Positions 1-13,023 are shown, counted from the whole stretch's first letter. The stretch: DNA of 63,966 bases, filler included, from Octopus bimaculoides (GCF_001194135.2; 7 parts of 7 records of this genome joined end to end with filler, not necessarily neighbours in it); one strand, 5' to 3'. The notes: generated by a model from the sequence alone, not told the origin. Numbers and translations are program-made.

Positions 1-110
1 CTGTCTGGTTTAAAAAGCCACATCAGACGCCATGAAAGGGCTAAGGTGTAGGTGCAGGAGGTGGTCAAACTCTGTTTAAGGAGTAGACAACCACCATATA
101 TATATATATG
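1..110 (+). mobile_element. 3' end of an RTE-like LINE (C-terminal zinc-finger-like motif, short 3'UTR, (AT)n tail)
   Basis: 1-51 translates LSGLKSHIRRHERAKV*, resembling the L.SH.R.H end of RTE ORFs, followed by about 45 nt of UTR and a TA tract. Confidence 0.55.
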
Positions 111-429
111 TTAATTCTCTAAATGAGGTATTAACAGTAACTGCACGATAAAGTGAAGTATATTGCCACTTAAACGTGGGTGACCCCTAGAGGTGGATGT
201 TACTGTTGCTTTTAGCCCCAGGAGGACATCTCCTCCAGCTGGCTTATCGACACACTTCTGTGTCCTGTTTGTTTTGCCAAGGGAAGTTATCCCTCTCATC
301 GTGATCTGTAGCACGAACGGACCCGGGTTTCAGGGTTATTTGTACTGGTTAAGAAAAATACAAGAAAACCAGAACATTTTGCACAAAATCTAAAATTGCT
401 ATGACGATAAAAGTAAACCTTTTCTATAA

Positions 430-1572
430 TGTTATTCAATAAAGCCACCTTTATCTATAACAACTGCTTTTATATGAGATCTAAATCATCTACATGCCCG
501 AAACATGTGATTCTTTCCATTTTGAACATTATTCTGACTATGGCAGCTTTCAAAGAACCTTTGGTGTTGTGTGAGTGTTCATTGGCCTCTCTTTCAACAA
601 CGCCCCACATGTAATAGTCCAATGGATTGAGATCTAGGCAATGAAGAGGTCAAATGTTAGTGGTTATGTGATCGTAAATATTTTCAGCCATCCATTCCCA
701 TGTTATTAGAGCCATATGCCATAGTGCAGTGTCTTACTGAAACACATATGGCCTTCCATTGCAAACACTGTGTATGCAGCGCGTAACAATTATTTCCTGT
801 ACCCCAATGTAGGCGGCAGAGTTAAATCTAAGGCCTTGTAGAAAGTCGTATGGTGGCATCACATGTCTTTCATTGCTGACAACCCCTAAAACCATGTCAG
901 ATACAGGAAATTTCGTATGCATAACACATGGAACTTTAGAAGGGTCTGGACATAACCATCTATTATTTCTTCTGTTAACTTTTTGATCTGGGTCGACGTT
1001 TTTCTCGTTTGAGAAAAAACAAATCCAATCTTCATCTGCTGCATATTTAAGGTTTGTTCAAAAGCCCTTAAGATCTGATGTAGCGAATTTTGTTTTGTAT
1101 TTTCTTACAAATTGACCTTTCTTCATCCTATAATACCTATATCTGGTGTCTTCGCGGACAACATTTCTAACTTTGCTCTGTCATGTGGAAATCTTTCGCA
1201 ATTGGCCTAATGGACGTTCTGGGATTGTAGTCAATGGTCTGTTGAACTTGCTGGAAACTATCAGGTGTTCTGATGGTTTCAGAGCATTTAGAATGCTTTT
1301 TATGCTTTGATTCAGGTGATACGTTTCCATCTTCAGTCTTTAGCTCCTTACAAACTTTGTAGACGACAGATCTGGCAATTTTCAAAAGTCGAGATATTTC
1401 TAAATCGCTATGTTCAGCCTTTATAACCACAATAACAACATACCTCTTTATTTCTTGAGTAATCTGAGGGTCTGCCATTATTATTTTCTGAAACAAACAT
1501 TATAGAGTTAGCAAAAACTGCAGCAATGACCCAAAAAACGTATGTCCTCAAATACATAATGCTCCCCGTATA
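430..1572 (-). mobile_element. Decayed Tc1/mariner element, DD37D (maT) type transposase
   Basis: N-terminal HTH region in ORF 1167-1496. FFS[N]EK carries the first catalytic D mutated to N, followed by MHTKFPVSDMVLGVVSNE. From VFQ*D to DLNPLDYYMWG I count 37 residues between D2 and D3. Contains stops and frameshifts; a matching TIR pair was not found. Confidence 0.92.
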
Positions 1573-1589
1573 TATACATTACATACACA

Positions 1590-1590
1590 C

Positions 1591-1682
<92 letters not shown>

Positions 1683-1745
1683 ATATGTATGTATACACAC
1701 ACACAAATTCTTACATACAACATACATACATGCATACGTAAATGT
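1590..1745. repeat. (CA)n/(TA)n microsatellite
   Basis: Direct reading. Confidence 0.95.
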
Positions 1746-1872
1746 GAATGAGTAGACGATAGATAGAAAAGTAGTATCAACAGATTTGGTAGGAGTTACA
1801 TTTAAAATTTAATAAGTTTGATTCGACTCTATGCAAATTATCCGCATGGAACTGTTATTATCAAATGTCTAC

Positions 1873-1904
<32 letters not shown>

Positions 1905-2444
1905 GGGTAGGTTTTGTCGAGTTCATCAGGCTGGTTAACATAAATTATCTTATGGCATTTAGTTACTGTCTTTCATAATATTTTTTAAAATTTTTTTTTT
2001 AGCAATGAAAGCCTACTAGATAAGCAGTAGCGATTACTTGATATTCTCAATATCCCCTTGAAAAACATTTATGAACGTGTCTCAGCATAGTGGCAATCCA
2101 ATAATTAATATCAATAAAATGGAAACAATTGCGACTATCACCCATTCAGTCAAATTAATTTTAAAAAGCATTCTATAAATTCTTGTTGATTTTTTCTCAA
2201 GTAGAAGCTTTATGGTTAGGTGACCTCTTACCAATCTTTCAGTTAACAATTATTGACAGATAAGTCTCAGATCTTGGTTGATGGTATTTATTCTTAATTT
2301 TGTATGGCAGCTATAATATTATTGTATTTTTATGTTTATTTTCGTTTAGCCAATATCTGAATGCACTTTAGCAAAATAATTTACTAATATTTAAATGCTT
2401 TATCAATAATATAACAAAATATTTTCAATGATTTTAATGACATT

Positions 2445-2570
2445 AATAATAATAGTTTCAAATCTCGGCAAAAGGCCAGCAGTTTTAGGGGAGGGATTAT
2501 GTCAATTTACATCGATACCACTGCTCCAATCTTTCTTATTTTCTCGACCCAGAAAGAATGAATGGCAATC
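2445..2570 (-). mobile_element. SINE family A 3' remnant
   Basis: Degenerate match to the tail and central part of the better copies at 10601 and 60126. Confidence 0.6.
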
Positions 2571-2599
2571 TATATATGGTCTATTATATATAAACTAAA

Positions 2600-3315
2600 C
2601 AGTTCTAAATGAAGTAAAAAGCTGGAAGAAAAATCTAGCACTAGCATGGATAGATTATAGGAAAACCTATGAAATGGATAAGTGAGTGTTCGAGTATGTT
2701 CAGTATAGCGGACAACATAAGAGAATTAATTAGTATTAGCATAAAGAAATAGAAAGTAGATCTATACTCAGATGACTCACTCTTAGGGAAAGTTAATTTT
2801 CCAGGGTGACTCGTTATCTGCTTTGATATTTGTCTTATGCTTGATCCCACTCAGTTTAGTATTAAGGAAGGCAAACACAGAATATCAGTTCAGAAATAGT
2901 AATGGAAAACTTAACCATTTGCTCTACATGGATGATGTGAAGCTATTTTTTTTAGTAAGGACGAAAAGGCAATAGAATCCTTAATGCAGCATGTAAAACT
3001 CTTCAGCAAAGATATAAGCATTGCATTTGGCATAGATAAGTGTGCAATGTAAGTCATGAGAAAGGGACAGGTAGTCAACAGCGGAGGCATCCAATTACCA
3101 GATAGCCAGACATTGAAATCATTGAAAGGAGGAGAGAGTTATAAGTATCTAGGAGTATTAGAATCTAACAGAGTACTAACTACAGAAATGAAAACGAAAA
3201 TTCAGAAGTGCATCAGAAGCGTAAGGGTGCTAATGAAGCTAAAGTTAAAAGGTTCGAATCTAGTGAAGGCTCTAAATACTTGGGTTGTATCAATATTTAG
3301 ATACTCAGCAGAATT
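2600..3315 (+). mobile_element. R4/Dong-clade non-LTR retrotransposon, reverse transcriptase fragment (pseudogenised)
   Basis: NLALAWIDYRKTY; IFQGDSLSALIFVLCLIPLS; NHLLYMDDVKL (YMDD starts at 2925); FGIDKC; YKYLGVLE; ALNTWVVSIFRYS. Frameshifts and stops present. Confidence 0.92.
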
Positions 3316-3560
3316 CCAATTCCATACGAAACCACTGACGCTGCACGGAAGGTTTTGCCAAAAGTATGCTTCTGACATTCAAACTTTGAATCAAATATCT
3401 TTCTCGATGCCACAGATACTCTTTCTTCGTCTTTACTTTCATATCATCATGCTTAATTCTATCTGCTTAATCATTCCAAGGTTTCTATTTGGCTGAATTT
3501 GTGTTAGTATTTTTACTAGGAAACTCCGTCCTATATTTATTCCGTTGTCATATGAAACAA
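3316..3560 (-). mobile_element. Older R4/Dong-like RT-thumb fragment in opposite orientation
   Basis: With frameshifts the minus strand gives (YK)LGMI..ADRIKHDDMKVKTKKEY...SLN...AASVVSYGIGI, paralleling 3150-3315 on the plus strand. Confidence 0.5.
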
Positions 3561-3905
3561 TTAATAGTATATGCGTTTTCAATGAATCGCATTATTTTTT
3601 CAAAAATAACTAATTGGCCGTGCTATTCATTATACTTACGATAATTAATATCAGTTCTTGGGCGATATTCAGATGTTGCTCGTAGCCATATAATATTCAC
3701 TGTACTGTTAATACAAGAATACTGCAGCATTTCTTGCCCTTTCCCCAACGCTGTTAATTAGTGCTCCTTACCTAGTTTGAAAGTTACTTATTGGCTGCAA
3801 AACTATTGATGCGACCACCGAAAATACAAATTAATGTTATATCCCTACCTCCCGAGCTGGGTTTTGAAACCGTATTCTGGTTGTTGAGGATAATGGTATT
3901 TCCTT

Positions 3906-4938
3906 TGTCATGTGAAGAAGTACAGCTATTTTTAGCGTAGGAGTGATCGGTGACACTTTCCGGTCACCAAAAGTTCAGAAAAAACAAGTGAGGAATTGTA
4001 CTGAACTGACCCAGCTTTGGGAGGGGGTAAGGTAACACTGTAAAGCTACGGTATTTGTGATAAACAAAGAATTGGCGCGAACGGTTGGCCAGAGGAGTGG
4101 GCATCAAGCAGTTGGGTACCGGAGTTGGCCGCAGCAGTTGGCATCAAGAAGTTGGCCAGGGAGTTGGATGAAGTGAAGATGTCCAGTAGTTGGATGAAGA
4201 ACGTCAGCCAGTGAAAATGTCCAGCAGTTGATGTGAAGGCTAGCAGCCAACCAAGATGAACAGAGAGACTGACAGACAGAGGCTGAGAAAGAGAGAGCCT
4301 ATGGTCAGAAAGGAACCAGTCAGCCGATAGGGACTGAAGCAATGAGAGAGAGGGACAGAGAGATGGGAATGTGTGGAGCCAAAAGATCGTTGTAGTCAGT
4401 TGATCACTACTTCTTGGATTATAGTAGGAGTTTTGAAAGAAAGGAAATTATTACGATGAAGGTTTGTTCAAATATTCTTTAAAATGTACTTTGTCGTTAC
4501 ATGTGCTAAAAGAACTATTAACTGTGATGTTAACTTAAAAGAAAAGAAAAGAAAGAACTTTGTGACATGTTGTTAATGGAAAAGAAAAACAACGAAGTGA
4601 AAGAACTTTTAATGGACTTGATGTACGAACTCTTGATTGTAAACTTTTGCTTATGTAATGTTCTGAAACCTTTGCTAAATGTTATTTGAATTGTTATGCA
4701 ATGTATTGATGATGTAATGTTTTGTTTGATGTAAAAAGAAAGAAAAAAACGTTAGTTCCGCTACCCAACGTATGGTATCCGTGTTATTTCTTCCTCCTCC
4801 TTTTGCCTGTTGTGATCGTTACGTGCTCCGGCCGGGGTTTAGTGGTGGCGAACACCCCGACTCACTGAGCGTCGACGTTCGCGCGTGCGCGAGTTCTCTC
4901 TTCGGTTCGAGGTGCTTCGCGTGCGGGCGTTCGTAACA
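3906..4938 (+). mobile_element. Probable solo LTR (Gypsy-like)
   Basis: About 1 kb block starting TGTCATG and ending CGTAACA (TG..CA, imperfect terminal inverted repeat), with internal short repeats and a CpG-rich 3' part. No TSD found. Confidence 0.4.
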
Positions 4939-5015
4939 CTATGTTAGATACTCCAAAACTGAAACTGGTTTCCGATATCATTGTTGAAGTAGTTACTAAT
5001 ACTACTACTACTACT

Positions 5016-5052
<37 letters not shown>

Positions 5053-5798
5053 TAGTGTTGCTGCTGCTGCAACTGAATTTGGTGATTGTAGGAGGAACTG
5101 TTACAGAAATTTGATATCACACGCTTCTAAATAAAGAAGACATATTTCCTTTAACAGTGTAAGGTATGGTAGCAGTCCACTTATTGAAAGGTGATACTGT
5201 CAGTCCCCGAGACCACACAACATAACATGCTATTTAAAGGCATTGTTACTACAACAGACCATGGACCACAACATCTTCCTCGCTTACCTTATCTCTATAG
5301 ATTTTTGTGCATTCATTTTTCCTGTGATAATACATTACAAGAAAAAAATTTTAGCTGTTTAGAAAGAAACGTATTTTCGTCAGTGACAGGTTTACAGTGA
5401 TTGGGTAATTCATTTAGTTGTTCCAACATTAGCAGATTCTATGAAATTTTATAACATTATGATAATTAAAACAAATATACAACTATTTTTGGGATTATTC
5501 CGATCGACAGAATGGGTGCTAAACCTCGATTCATGTTGATCAATATTTTTTCCAGCTGAGAAATATTCCTGCGTATAGATGACAATTTTACCTTTCAAAG
5601 GAATGGAAGCCGTCTCATAATATAATCAAAGGAATTACTTTGATATATACAGTTTATTACATATAGTAAAAGGCCCTGTACGAAAAGCGAGTTATTTGTG
5701 GCTTCCGAAGTCATTTGACTTCTATCCCTAACAAAGTTGGTACTCTTCCAGTACCATCATACTTTAATTTTTTTTAAAATTTGCCTGTACGGTTGAAG

Positions 5799-5832
<34 letters not shown>

Positions 5833-7359
5833 CCGACAGAGTTGTAGGTCTTATCTAGACGCTGGATCAAACCGCTTATTCACATTTTTCAGTCACAAAA
5901 AGTAAATTCACATTGAATCAGTGAAAGAGTTATATGATATCTTGACCTGGTTTTGCATTGGCACGAAGTAATGTCAATAGTTATTACAATTATTTCATTG
6001 TTTCTAATTGGTATCTAATTACAAATAGATCGTTACATTTGAGCGCTAAAGATGATGAATGGGTAGGCTTTCAAGTATCTACAATTAGTGCGGCAATATA
6101 TATATATGGACAATATGTATGCTGATAAATAATCCTGCATATGATTTTGACTTGATGAAATATGAATCACGCTTAATTGATTCCACCCCTCTATAAAATA
6201 TTCTCCCTGTTAAAAAATTCAAAGCTTAGTTAAACACACATAACAGAAAAAAAATGATTTGCATATTTCTTCCATGATTGCTTTCCATAAATTGTTTGTG
6301 TAGCGCTCAATAACAACAGTGTAAATTGTACACTTCTCAGATAAATAATTCTGGGTTCTTCATTTTTGAAGTGTCTAACAGATAGTACTGGACGACAAAA
6401 TATCATTTGTCATTAAAGAAAATGTACGTTACTTGAAATATATACGTGGTTACACGTTAACTTATGTTCACTACTTTTATACGACGTAGTAAATATAAAT
6501 AAATCTATATGTGAATCTATGTTTCAATAACTCTCTTTCAATAACTCTCATCAAAATACTGATTGTCCCTGTTTAGCTATGCAATGGGATGGTTATGTAT
6601 AACCATAATTAGGGTTACCGCAAATGTGGCCTAAATTTAGCATCATTAAAGTGCGGTTTTCTGATGCGTATCAATTGTTTCATAAGTTGGTAATTTGTAT
6701 TGTCTTATATTTCTGTTTGTCTTTCGAAATTGTTTGACAATAGATTGGAAATGAAATTGTTTTGACAAGCGATTGTAAATGAAAAGTATTTGTTTAGAAT
6801 ACAAATTATTTCATCGATGTGACGCATACAATAAATATCGAAATTATATATTCACAATCCCTTTCAGGAAATTTAATCACGACGTACTTTCGACGTATTT
6901 CAATATATCAAATTTCATTAAGCATTTCCTTCTTTGTTTTTATTGCTTTAAAACCAATGTTGAATAAAACAAAATTGCTAATAGTTGTGATTCATTATGC
7001 AGTATATTAAATTGCATCTGAATTAGTAGATGGAAGTCTGATCGGGAGCTGTGTCTCCATCGCTATTTCGTGCCCCAATTATCCATTCTTTTTCAATAAA
7101 TTAAATAATTACATCGCTCACTACCACGCTACAACAGGATCCTCTGAAATCTGCTGGAATCGATAGAAAGAACAAAAGATAAATTACCGTCATGTGACGC
7201 TATATCGTCGATTTCGGCTGATAGAATATCTTTATACAGAGTTCCGCGTATGATGAGAACATCTGATGTTAAAAAGAATAATAATGTATAATTTTAATTG
7301 AATGGAACCCGTCACGCATTTGAAAATAACACTGAAACCCAAATTGTCAGAGTAATGGG

Positions 7360-7764
7360 TCCTTAGAGTAATGGGTCCTTAGAGTAATGGAGAAGTCGGG
7401 ATGTTTGATACTATGCAGTACTTTCCAGTCCTGTGGTTGTTATAGCTTTCAATTACAATGTTTAGAGCCAGTCCGTCCAATTTCTTCCATATGACTGCAT
7501 ACTTTTCACGCGTTTCTTCTAGCGAGTAGGACATCAGATCCTTTAGCCTCTCCCAAGAGCTCCTCTGTTGCACCGAATCAATCTTCTTTGTGTAGTAACG
7601 GCTGAATTACTTTAAGTTCCATCACCACTTTGGCGCTGATGACAACATTGGCGAGAAGTAAACCAGAGTACTGAGAATGGAAATTCTACCTAGGAGTAGC
7701 ATGATAACTTTCTCCCTAGTATGAATGATCGCAGAATTCATCTACCTAGAAGCCTGCAGAAGGT

Positions 7765-7770
<6 letters not shown>
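7360..7770 (-). mobile_element. CR1-clade LINE, RT C-terminal fragment
   Basis: GR*ILRSF (GWILR.F motif); KKIDSVQQRSSWERLKDLMSYSLEETREKYAVIWKKLDGL matches the CR1 pattern SYWERLK.L.LYSLERRRERY..WK.L.G. Confidence 0.8.
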
Positions 7771-7797
<27 letters not shown>

Positions 7798-7984
7798 NNN
7801 NNNNNNNNNNNNNNNNNNNNNNNNNNNNNNNNNNNNNNNNNNNNNNNNNNNNNNNNNNNNNNNNNNNNNNNNNNNNNNNNNNNNNNNNNNNNNNNNNNNN
7901 NNNNNNNNNNNNNNNNNNNNNNNNNNNNNNNNNNNGAGAGACAGACAGATAGGCGGTTGAACAATTCGAAAGTGGCAGTCGTGA

Positions 7985-8025
<41 letters not shown>

Positions 8026-8162
8026 TCTGTGCGGTTGGACTGGACCCCAAATTCAGTTCTTCTGCTTCGAACTTCTTATCGGTAAGTATGGTAAAACTTG
8101 AAAACATGTAAACAACACTGCTCGGTTCTACATGTTGATAGTTAAAGAAACGGAGTGAAATA

Positions 8163-8372
8163 TTGGTGTCAAACTTTGGAACAAGGACAACAGTTTCGTG
8201 GGAAAAGGTAAGTCGATTTCCCCGACTCCAGTGATCAACTGGTACTTATTTAATACACACCAATTAGATGAAAGGCGAAGTCGATGTCTGGGAGAATAGG
8301 ACTCAGAAGGTGAAGACCAACGAAATGTCGATAAGCATTTTGCCCAGCGTGGCAACGACTCTGCCAGCTTGT
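8163..8372 (-). mobile_element. SINE family A copy
   Basis: GATGAAAGGCGAAGTCGA core plus head and tail similar to other copies. Confidence 0.8.
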
Positions 8373-9502
8373 GGAGAAATATTACTGTGTAATAAACTGT
8401 GTGTCTTGTACTTTCACAGATTTCATCGGATAAAAAAGGTAACTAGTTTACATTATTACCTACAAATGGATACCAAAATATTCAGGATTAATGGGTACTG
8501 AAGTTACCACACAGTCTTCAATGATCTGCCTTGGTACGTTGCATAAATTGCCAATTACTTGTATGAACAGAAACCTTCGTAATAAAAACATTAATAATAA
8601 CATCATTATCGACATACATTGAATTGTCAAAATAAATAGACAACTAAAGGATTATATAATCTATTATTAAAATACGGAAATAAGTGATTAGAAGTCTGAA
8701 ACTTGGGATTATAGAGGTTATTTTTGTGTCTTAAAAGAATTGAATGCAATTTTCGGATACTAAATAGTTTCCTTTATTCTTATCATTAAATGTTACCATT
8801 TGAGGAAAATGGAACGTAGTTTTTGCATTTTTTGAAAGAGAATAAACGAAAATAAGTTTTATGTGAAAATGCAAATAAAGAAACTAAAAGAAAAAAAAAT
8901 CTACTTCCCTCAGTTCCGATTAGAATATTCGCTTGGAATCAAAGTATTTATTTTTCTCTGCCTATTTTTTATTCTTTCCAATAATTCATTCATTTATTCA
9001 TTTTCCATTCAATCATTGCAAAGATCCATTTTATGTCTACAACATTAATTCCTTGTACTTCTTTTTTTTCATATTTACGTCTTATCTTGGCATGTTTTCA
9101 TAGAGGTCGCAGTAATTAAGTAGAATCAAAAATAAACATGTTTTCTAGAGATCTATACGAAACAAGAACATACATTATTTGAAACCAAAGGTTTTATCTA
9201 CTAGATATTGGACAGACATTCCCTTTTTAGATACATAATCGTTCTTAAGAGTTTCTAGAATAATTGCTTAAATGTAAATATTCAGTTCAGAATAATATTG
9301 AGAAATTTTCTAAATCAATTAATTGTATATGCATTTTTAAAAACATATACATCACTAAAATGATATTCGTGTTTAGCATTTTTCTGTTGTATAATTAGAA
9401 ATATAAACCTACATTTCAAAATGTCGGCTTGAATAGGTAATGTACATAAAAAACAACAACTGCAAGAAAAGAATTGACAATAACAGCAATGACAACAATA
9501 GC

Positions 9503-9720
9503 AATGATGGTTTCAAATTTTGGCACAAGGCCAGCAATTGTGGGAGAGGAAGCAAGCCGATTACTTCGAACCTAGTGCCCAACTAGTACTTACTTTATCG
9601 ACCCGAAAGAACGAAAGGCAAATTTGGCCTCTGCAGAATTTGAATTAAAATTATAAATGCGGACGATGTGCCACTATGCATTTTACCCTTCATGCTAATG
9701 ATTCTGCCAGCACGCCGCCT
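9503..9720 (-). mobile_element. SINE family A copy
   Basis: Tail GGTTTCAAATTTTGGCACAAGG and head CTGCCAGCACGCCGCCTT. Confidence 0.8.
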
Positions 9721-9745
9721 TAGTAGCAGTAGTAGTAGTAGTAGT

Positions 9746-9779
<34 letters not shown>

Positions 9780-9814
9780 TTAGTAGTAGTAGTAATAACA
9801 ACAACAACAACAAC

Positions 9815-9862
<48 letters not shown>
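9721..9862. repeat. (AGT)/(AGC)/(AAC)/(AAT)n compound microsatellite
   Basis: Direct reading. Confidence 0.95.
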
Positions 9863-9864
<2 letters not shown>

Positions 9865-9984
9865 CCACAGAAACAACAGGCAATATCACTGAGCTAAATG
9901 ACATGATATATGCGGCAGCCACTGCAGCCACAAAAGAAGCAGGATACTCACTCAAACCCATCCGAACAGGAGTTCTACCACCCA
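9863..9984 (+). mobile_element. R4/Dong-like ORF N-terminal fragment
   Basis: NITELNDMIYAAATAATKEAGYSLKPIRTGVLPP resembles the ITE.N.LIYAAA...PPW region of Dong-like ORFs; cut by a gap. Confidence 0.5.
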
Positions 9985-10028
9985 NNNNNNNNNNNNNNNN
10001 NNNNNNNNNNNNNNNNNNNNNNNNNNNN

Positions 10029-10040
10029 TTAATTAATTAA
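10029..10040. other. Scaffolding gap marker TTAATTAATTAA within a 100-nt gap (also 37188, 41652, 49945, 57638, 62419); assembly artefact
   Basis: The same 12-mer, a stop in all six frames, sits centred in N-runs at six places; I counted 44 N on each side here. Confidence 0.97.
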
Positions 10041-10084
10041 NNNNNNNNNNNNNNNNNNNNNNNNNNNNNNNNNNNNNNNNNNNN

Positions 10085-10134
<50 letters not shown>

Positions 10135-10600
10135 AACAAATATGTATATATAAATACATGCATATAGATGCCTATACGTAATTGTACTTCATACATAAAT
10201 ACACATACATACAAATATATAAACATACATATATATATGTATATATGTATGCATATATCTAACCAAAAGACTTTTATGTAAATTAATAAGCAACCGGCAG
10301 AGAAGCTAATGAAAAACATTATAAATATATAAAAATAGAGAGAAAAACCAGCCAAACTAATCAGTCATTTAGTTCAGAAAACGTCGATTAAAGATCAATG
10401 TCCTGAAATTAAATAAAGAACACAAATTACTTATTAGGTAAACAGTCGTTTTCACTTTTTTCTTTTCTTTCATTCTTAATTTCATATTCATTTACAGGGA
10501 GCCGAAATCTAACCCGACGAAAACATGTTTCAATTGTTTTCCTAAATACCATTTTAAAACCTTGTTTTTTATCATTATTGTTGTTACTGTTGTTGCTTTT

Positions 10601-10813
10601 TAGGTGGTGATTTAGCACAATCGTTAGCACACCGGGCGAAATGCTTAGCGATATTTCGTCTGCTGCTACGTTCTGAGTTCAAATTCCACTGAGGTCGACT
10701 TTGCTTTCCTCCTTTCGGGTTCGATAAATTAAGTACCAGTGAAACACTGGTGTCGATGTAGTTGACTACTACTCGCCCCCAAAATTTCAGGCCTTGTACC
10801 TTTAGTAGAAAGG

Positions 10814-10851
<38 letters not shown>
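10601..10851 (+). mobile_element. tRNA-derived SINE family A (central domain resembles the Meta-SINE domain), (ATT)n tail
   Basis: A-box-like head, B-box GAGTTCAAATTCC, central GTCGACTTTGC..TCCTTTCGGG.TCGATAAATTAAGTACCAGT, then tail and ATT repeats. Confidence 0.9.
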
Positions 10852-10853
<2 letters not shown>

Positions 10854-11280
10854 GTATACACACAACAGATTAGACTGTTGGAAAAGAAAAATTCCTAACA
10901 TCGGGCTACAACAAATAACCTTAGATGCCAAGAACCCTCCTAAGTATCCTAGGTGTCCCTAACAACTCTGTTTTCTGGAGCTGTACTAAACTGGGTTTTA
11001 TGCCTATTTCCTCTATCCATCTGTTCAAATCTTCAGGGACAATACACCTATAATTACTAGGATACTCTTTCCATAATCTCTGTAATTCAATGGCTAAGTC
11101 CTGATACTTTACTATTTTTTCTATACCTCTCATATTGATTCTTTTCATCCTTTGGGACTGTAAAGTTAGTTATCAGGCACTTTCTATTTTCTTTATCTGG
11201 TACTACTAAAACAAGCCTTCTAGCTTCTATTACTCTGTCAATCTGAATGTTAAAGTCCCACAACAAATATCCTTCAAATA
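10852..11280 (-). mobile_element. R4/Dong LINE 3' end with restriction-like endonuclease
   Basis: LWDFNIQIDRVIEARR..DKENRKCLI..F.VP..EKIVKYQDLAIELQRLW...QLQKTELLGTPRILRRVLGI*, then a short UTR running into (TAA)n. Confidence 0.9.
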
Positions 11281-11599
11281 CGCCCTACTGTCTTAAAAAT
11301 AAAAAGGATACATTGAATAATGTGATCCTAGTAATCTCACAAAAAACGGTGGTCTGGTCAGGACTAGATTGCCCTTCAATCATAGATTTGACTTGGGACT
11401 AAACAGTAGCAACAATCACCTTTTTCACTACGGCCCCAACCCGTAACCAATTCCAAAGAATCTTATGATCTAGTCAAGTTTAATCTTCAAAAGTTTTGCT
11501 TTTTACGACGAACTATTTGGGGTTACCAACCACAACTGACATGAAGGCGCAACCAAAGACAATGTAACAGCAATCAGTATTTCGGTTCCCCTAATATTA

Positions 11600-12150
11600 T
11601 AACAACAACAACCATGATTACCCCTCGACGACACAACCAGCATCACTACAACATTCTCATAGTTACCAAAACTATCAACACTACATTTACCACTACCACC
11701 ATCACAACTACATAAAACAAGGGCACACAACCGAAGCTTGAAAAACAACCGTTAGTATTTCGACCGTGAAATACCATCACTACCACGGCTACTACTGCCA
11801 ATACAGCTGCCACTACACGCACACTCCCATTGTATCCACAACAACCTCTAACACCACCTCCATTACCACAGCAACAACAACAATAACAGCAACAATGTGA
11901 GACATGAGACATGACCACACAACTAAAGCTAATATCACAACTGTCAGTATTCTGGCTCCAAATATTATCACAACCTCTGCAACTACCATCGCCACCACAA
12001 CCACCACCATCGCCACCACAACCACCATCATCGCCACCACAACCACCACCATTACAACCACTACAACCATCACCACCAACACAACCACCCAACAACAACA
12101 ACAACACGACTGCCAACGCCACCACCACAACCGTTCCCACCGTTTCCACT
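11600..12150. repeat. Degenerate (ACC/ACA/ACT)n low-complexity tract
   Basis: Direct reading; accounts for ORFs 11646-12302. Confidence 0.9.
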
Positions 12151-12543
12151 GGTTCCATCCTTATTCTATCCATCCGGCGTCCTCCTCGAGGGAGCTCTAT
12201 CTGCCATTTCATTATAAGCAGAAACCCTCATATTTTTCTGCAAAGGAAAATGTTTGCTCGTCGCAGACATTTGGAATGACAGCAAAGACAGCTGGGCAGT
12301 AAATTGGATAAATAATTAGAGTTTGTTAGTATTCCCAACGATGCCTACTTCTGCAATTTGGTAAGGCTCTAAAGAACAGTCGGAGATATTTCACAGGGCA
12401 TAAGCTAATATTAACTTCGACAGTCGCCCACTTATACATAGATGCACGCATGGATACGCACATGCATAGCCTTACATACATACGAACATAGAAGCATACA
12501 TACATACACTAAAATACAAGCATGCACGTAGTTATAGGAACAT

Positions 12544-12597
<54 letters not shown>

Positions 12598-12936
12598 GTA
12601 TACGTTGAAATAGCCAAATACATACCAAATTCGCACGCCAAAAATTTATGCAGTAATACAATTATGACTTGAGATATTCTTATCAAGAATGCCAAAGTGT
12701 CTAAATATCTTGAAAATAGGAACTTTACAAGACATGGCAGCAGAAATAGATAAAGAAATAAATAGATAAATACAATAATATTGATAATAAAAATGTCATG
12801 CATTTTTCGGGCGAAAAATAAAGAAAAATAAGATAACGCATGCTATGACTGATAAAAACATTAAACTTCAAAATTAATACATTATCATCATCGTCGTTGT
12901 CGTCATCATCAACATTGATGATAATGATGGTGGTGG

Positions 12937-12975
<39 letters not shown>

Positions 12976-12986
12976 GAGTAAAGTGC

Positions 12987-13023
<37 letters not shown>

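Noticed and set aside
10029-10040. Six identical TTAATTAATTAA islands as a biological motif
   Set aside because: Always centred in fixed-size N-gaps; a scaffolder spacer.
12150-12260. Minus-strand acceptor followed by KYEGFCL, reminiscent of ionotropic glutamate receptor S1
   Set aside because: Two stops follow immediately, a frameshift is needed, and no other receptor exon was found.
11646-12302. Gly/Cys-, Thr- or Pro-rich ORFs (mucin- or keratin-like); likewise poly-His 30637-31095 and all YI/HT/CV ORFs
   Set aside because: Translations of simple repeats, open in several frames on both strands.
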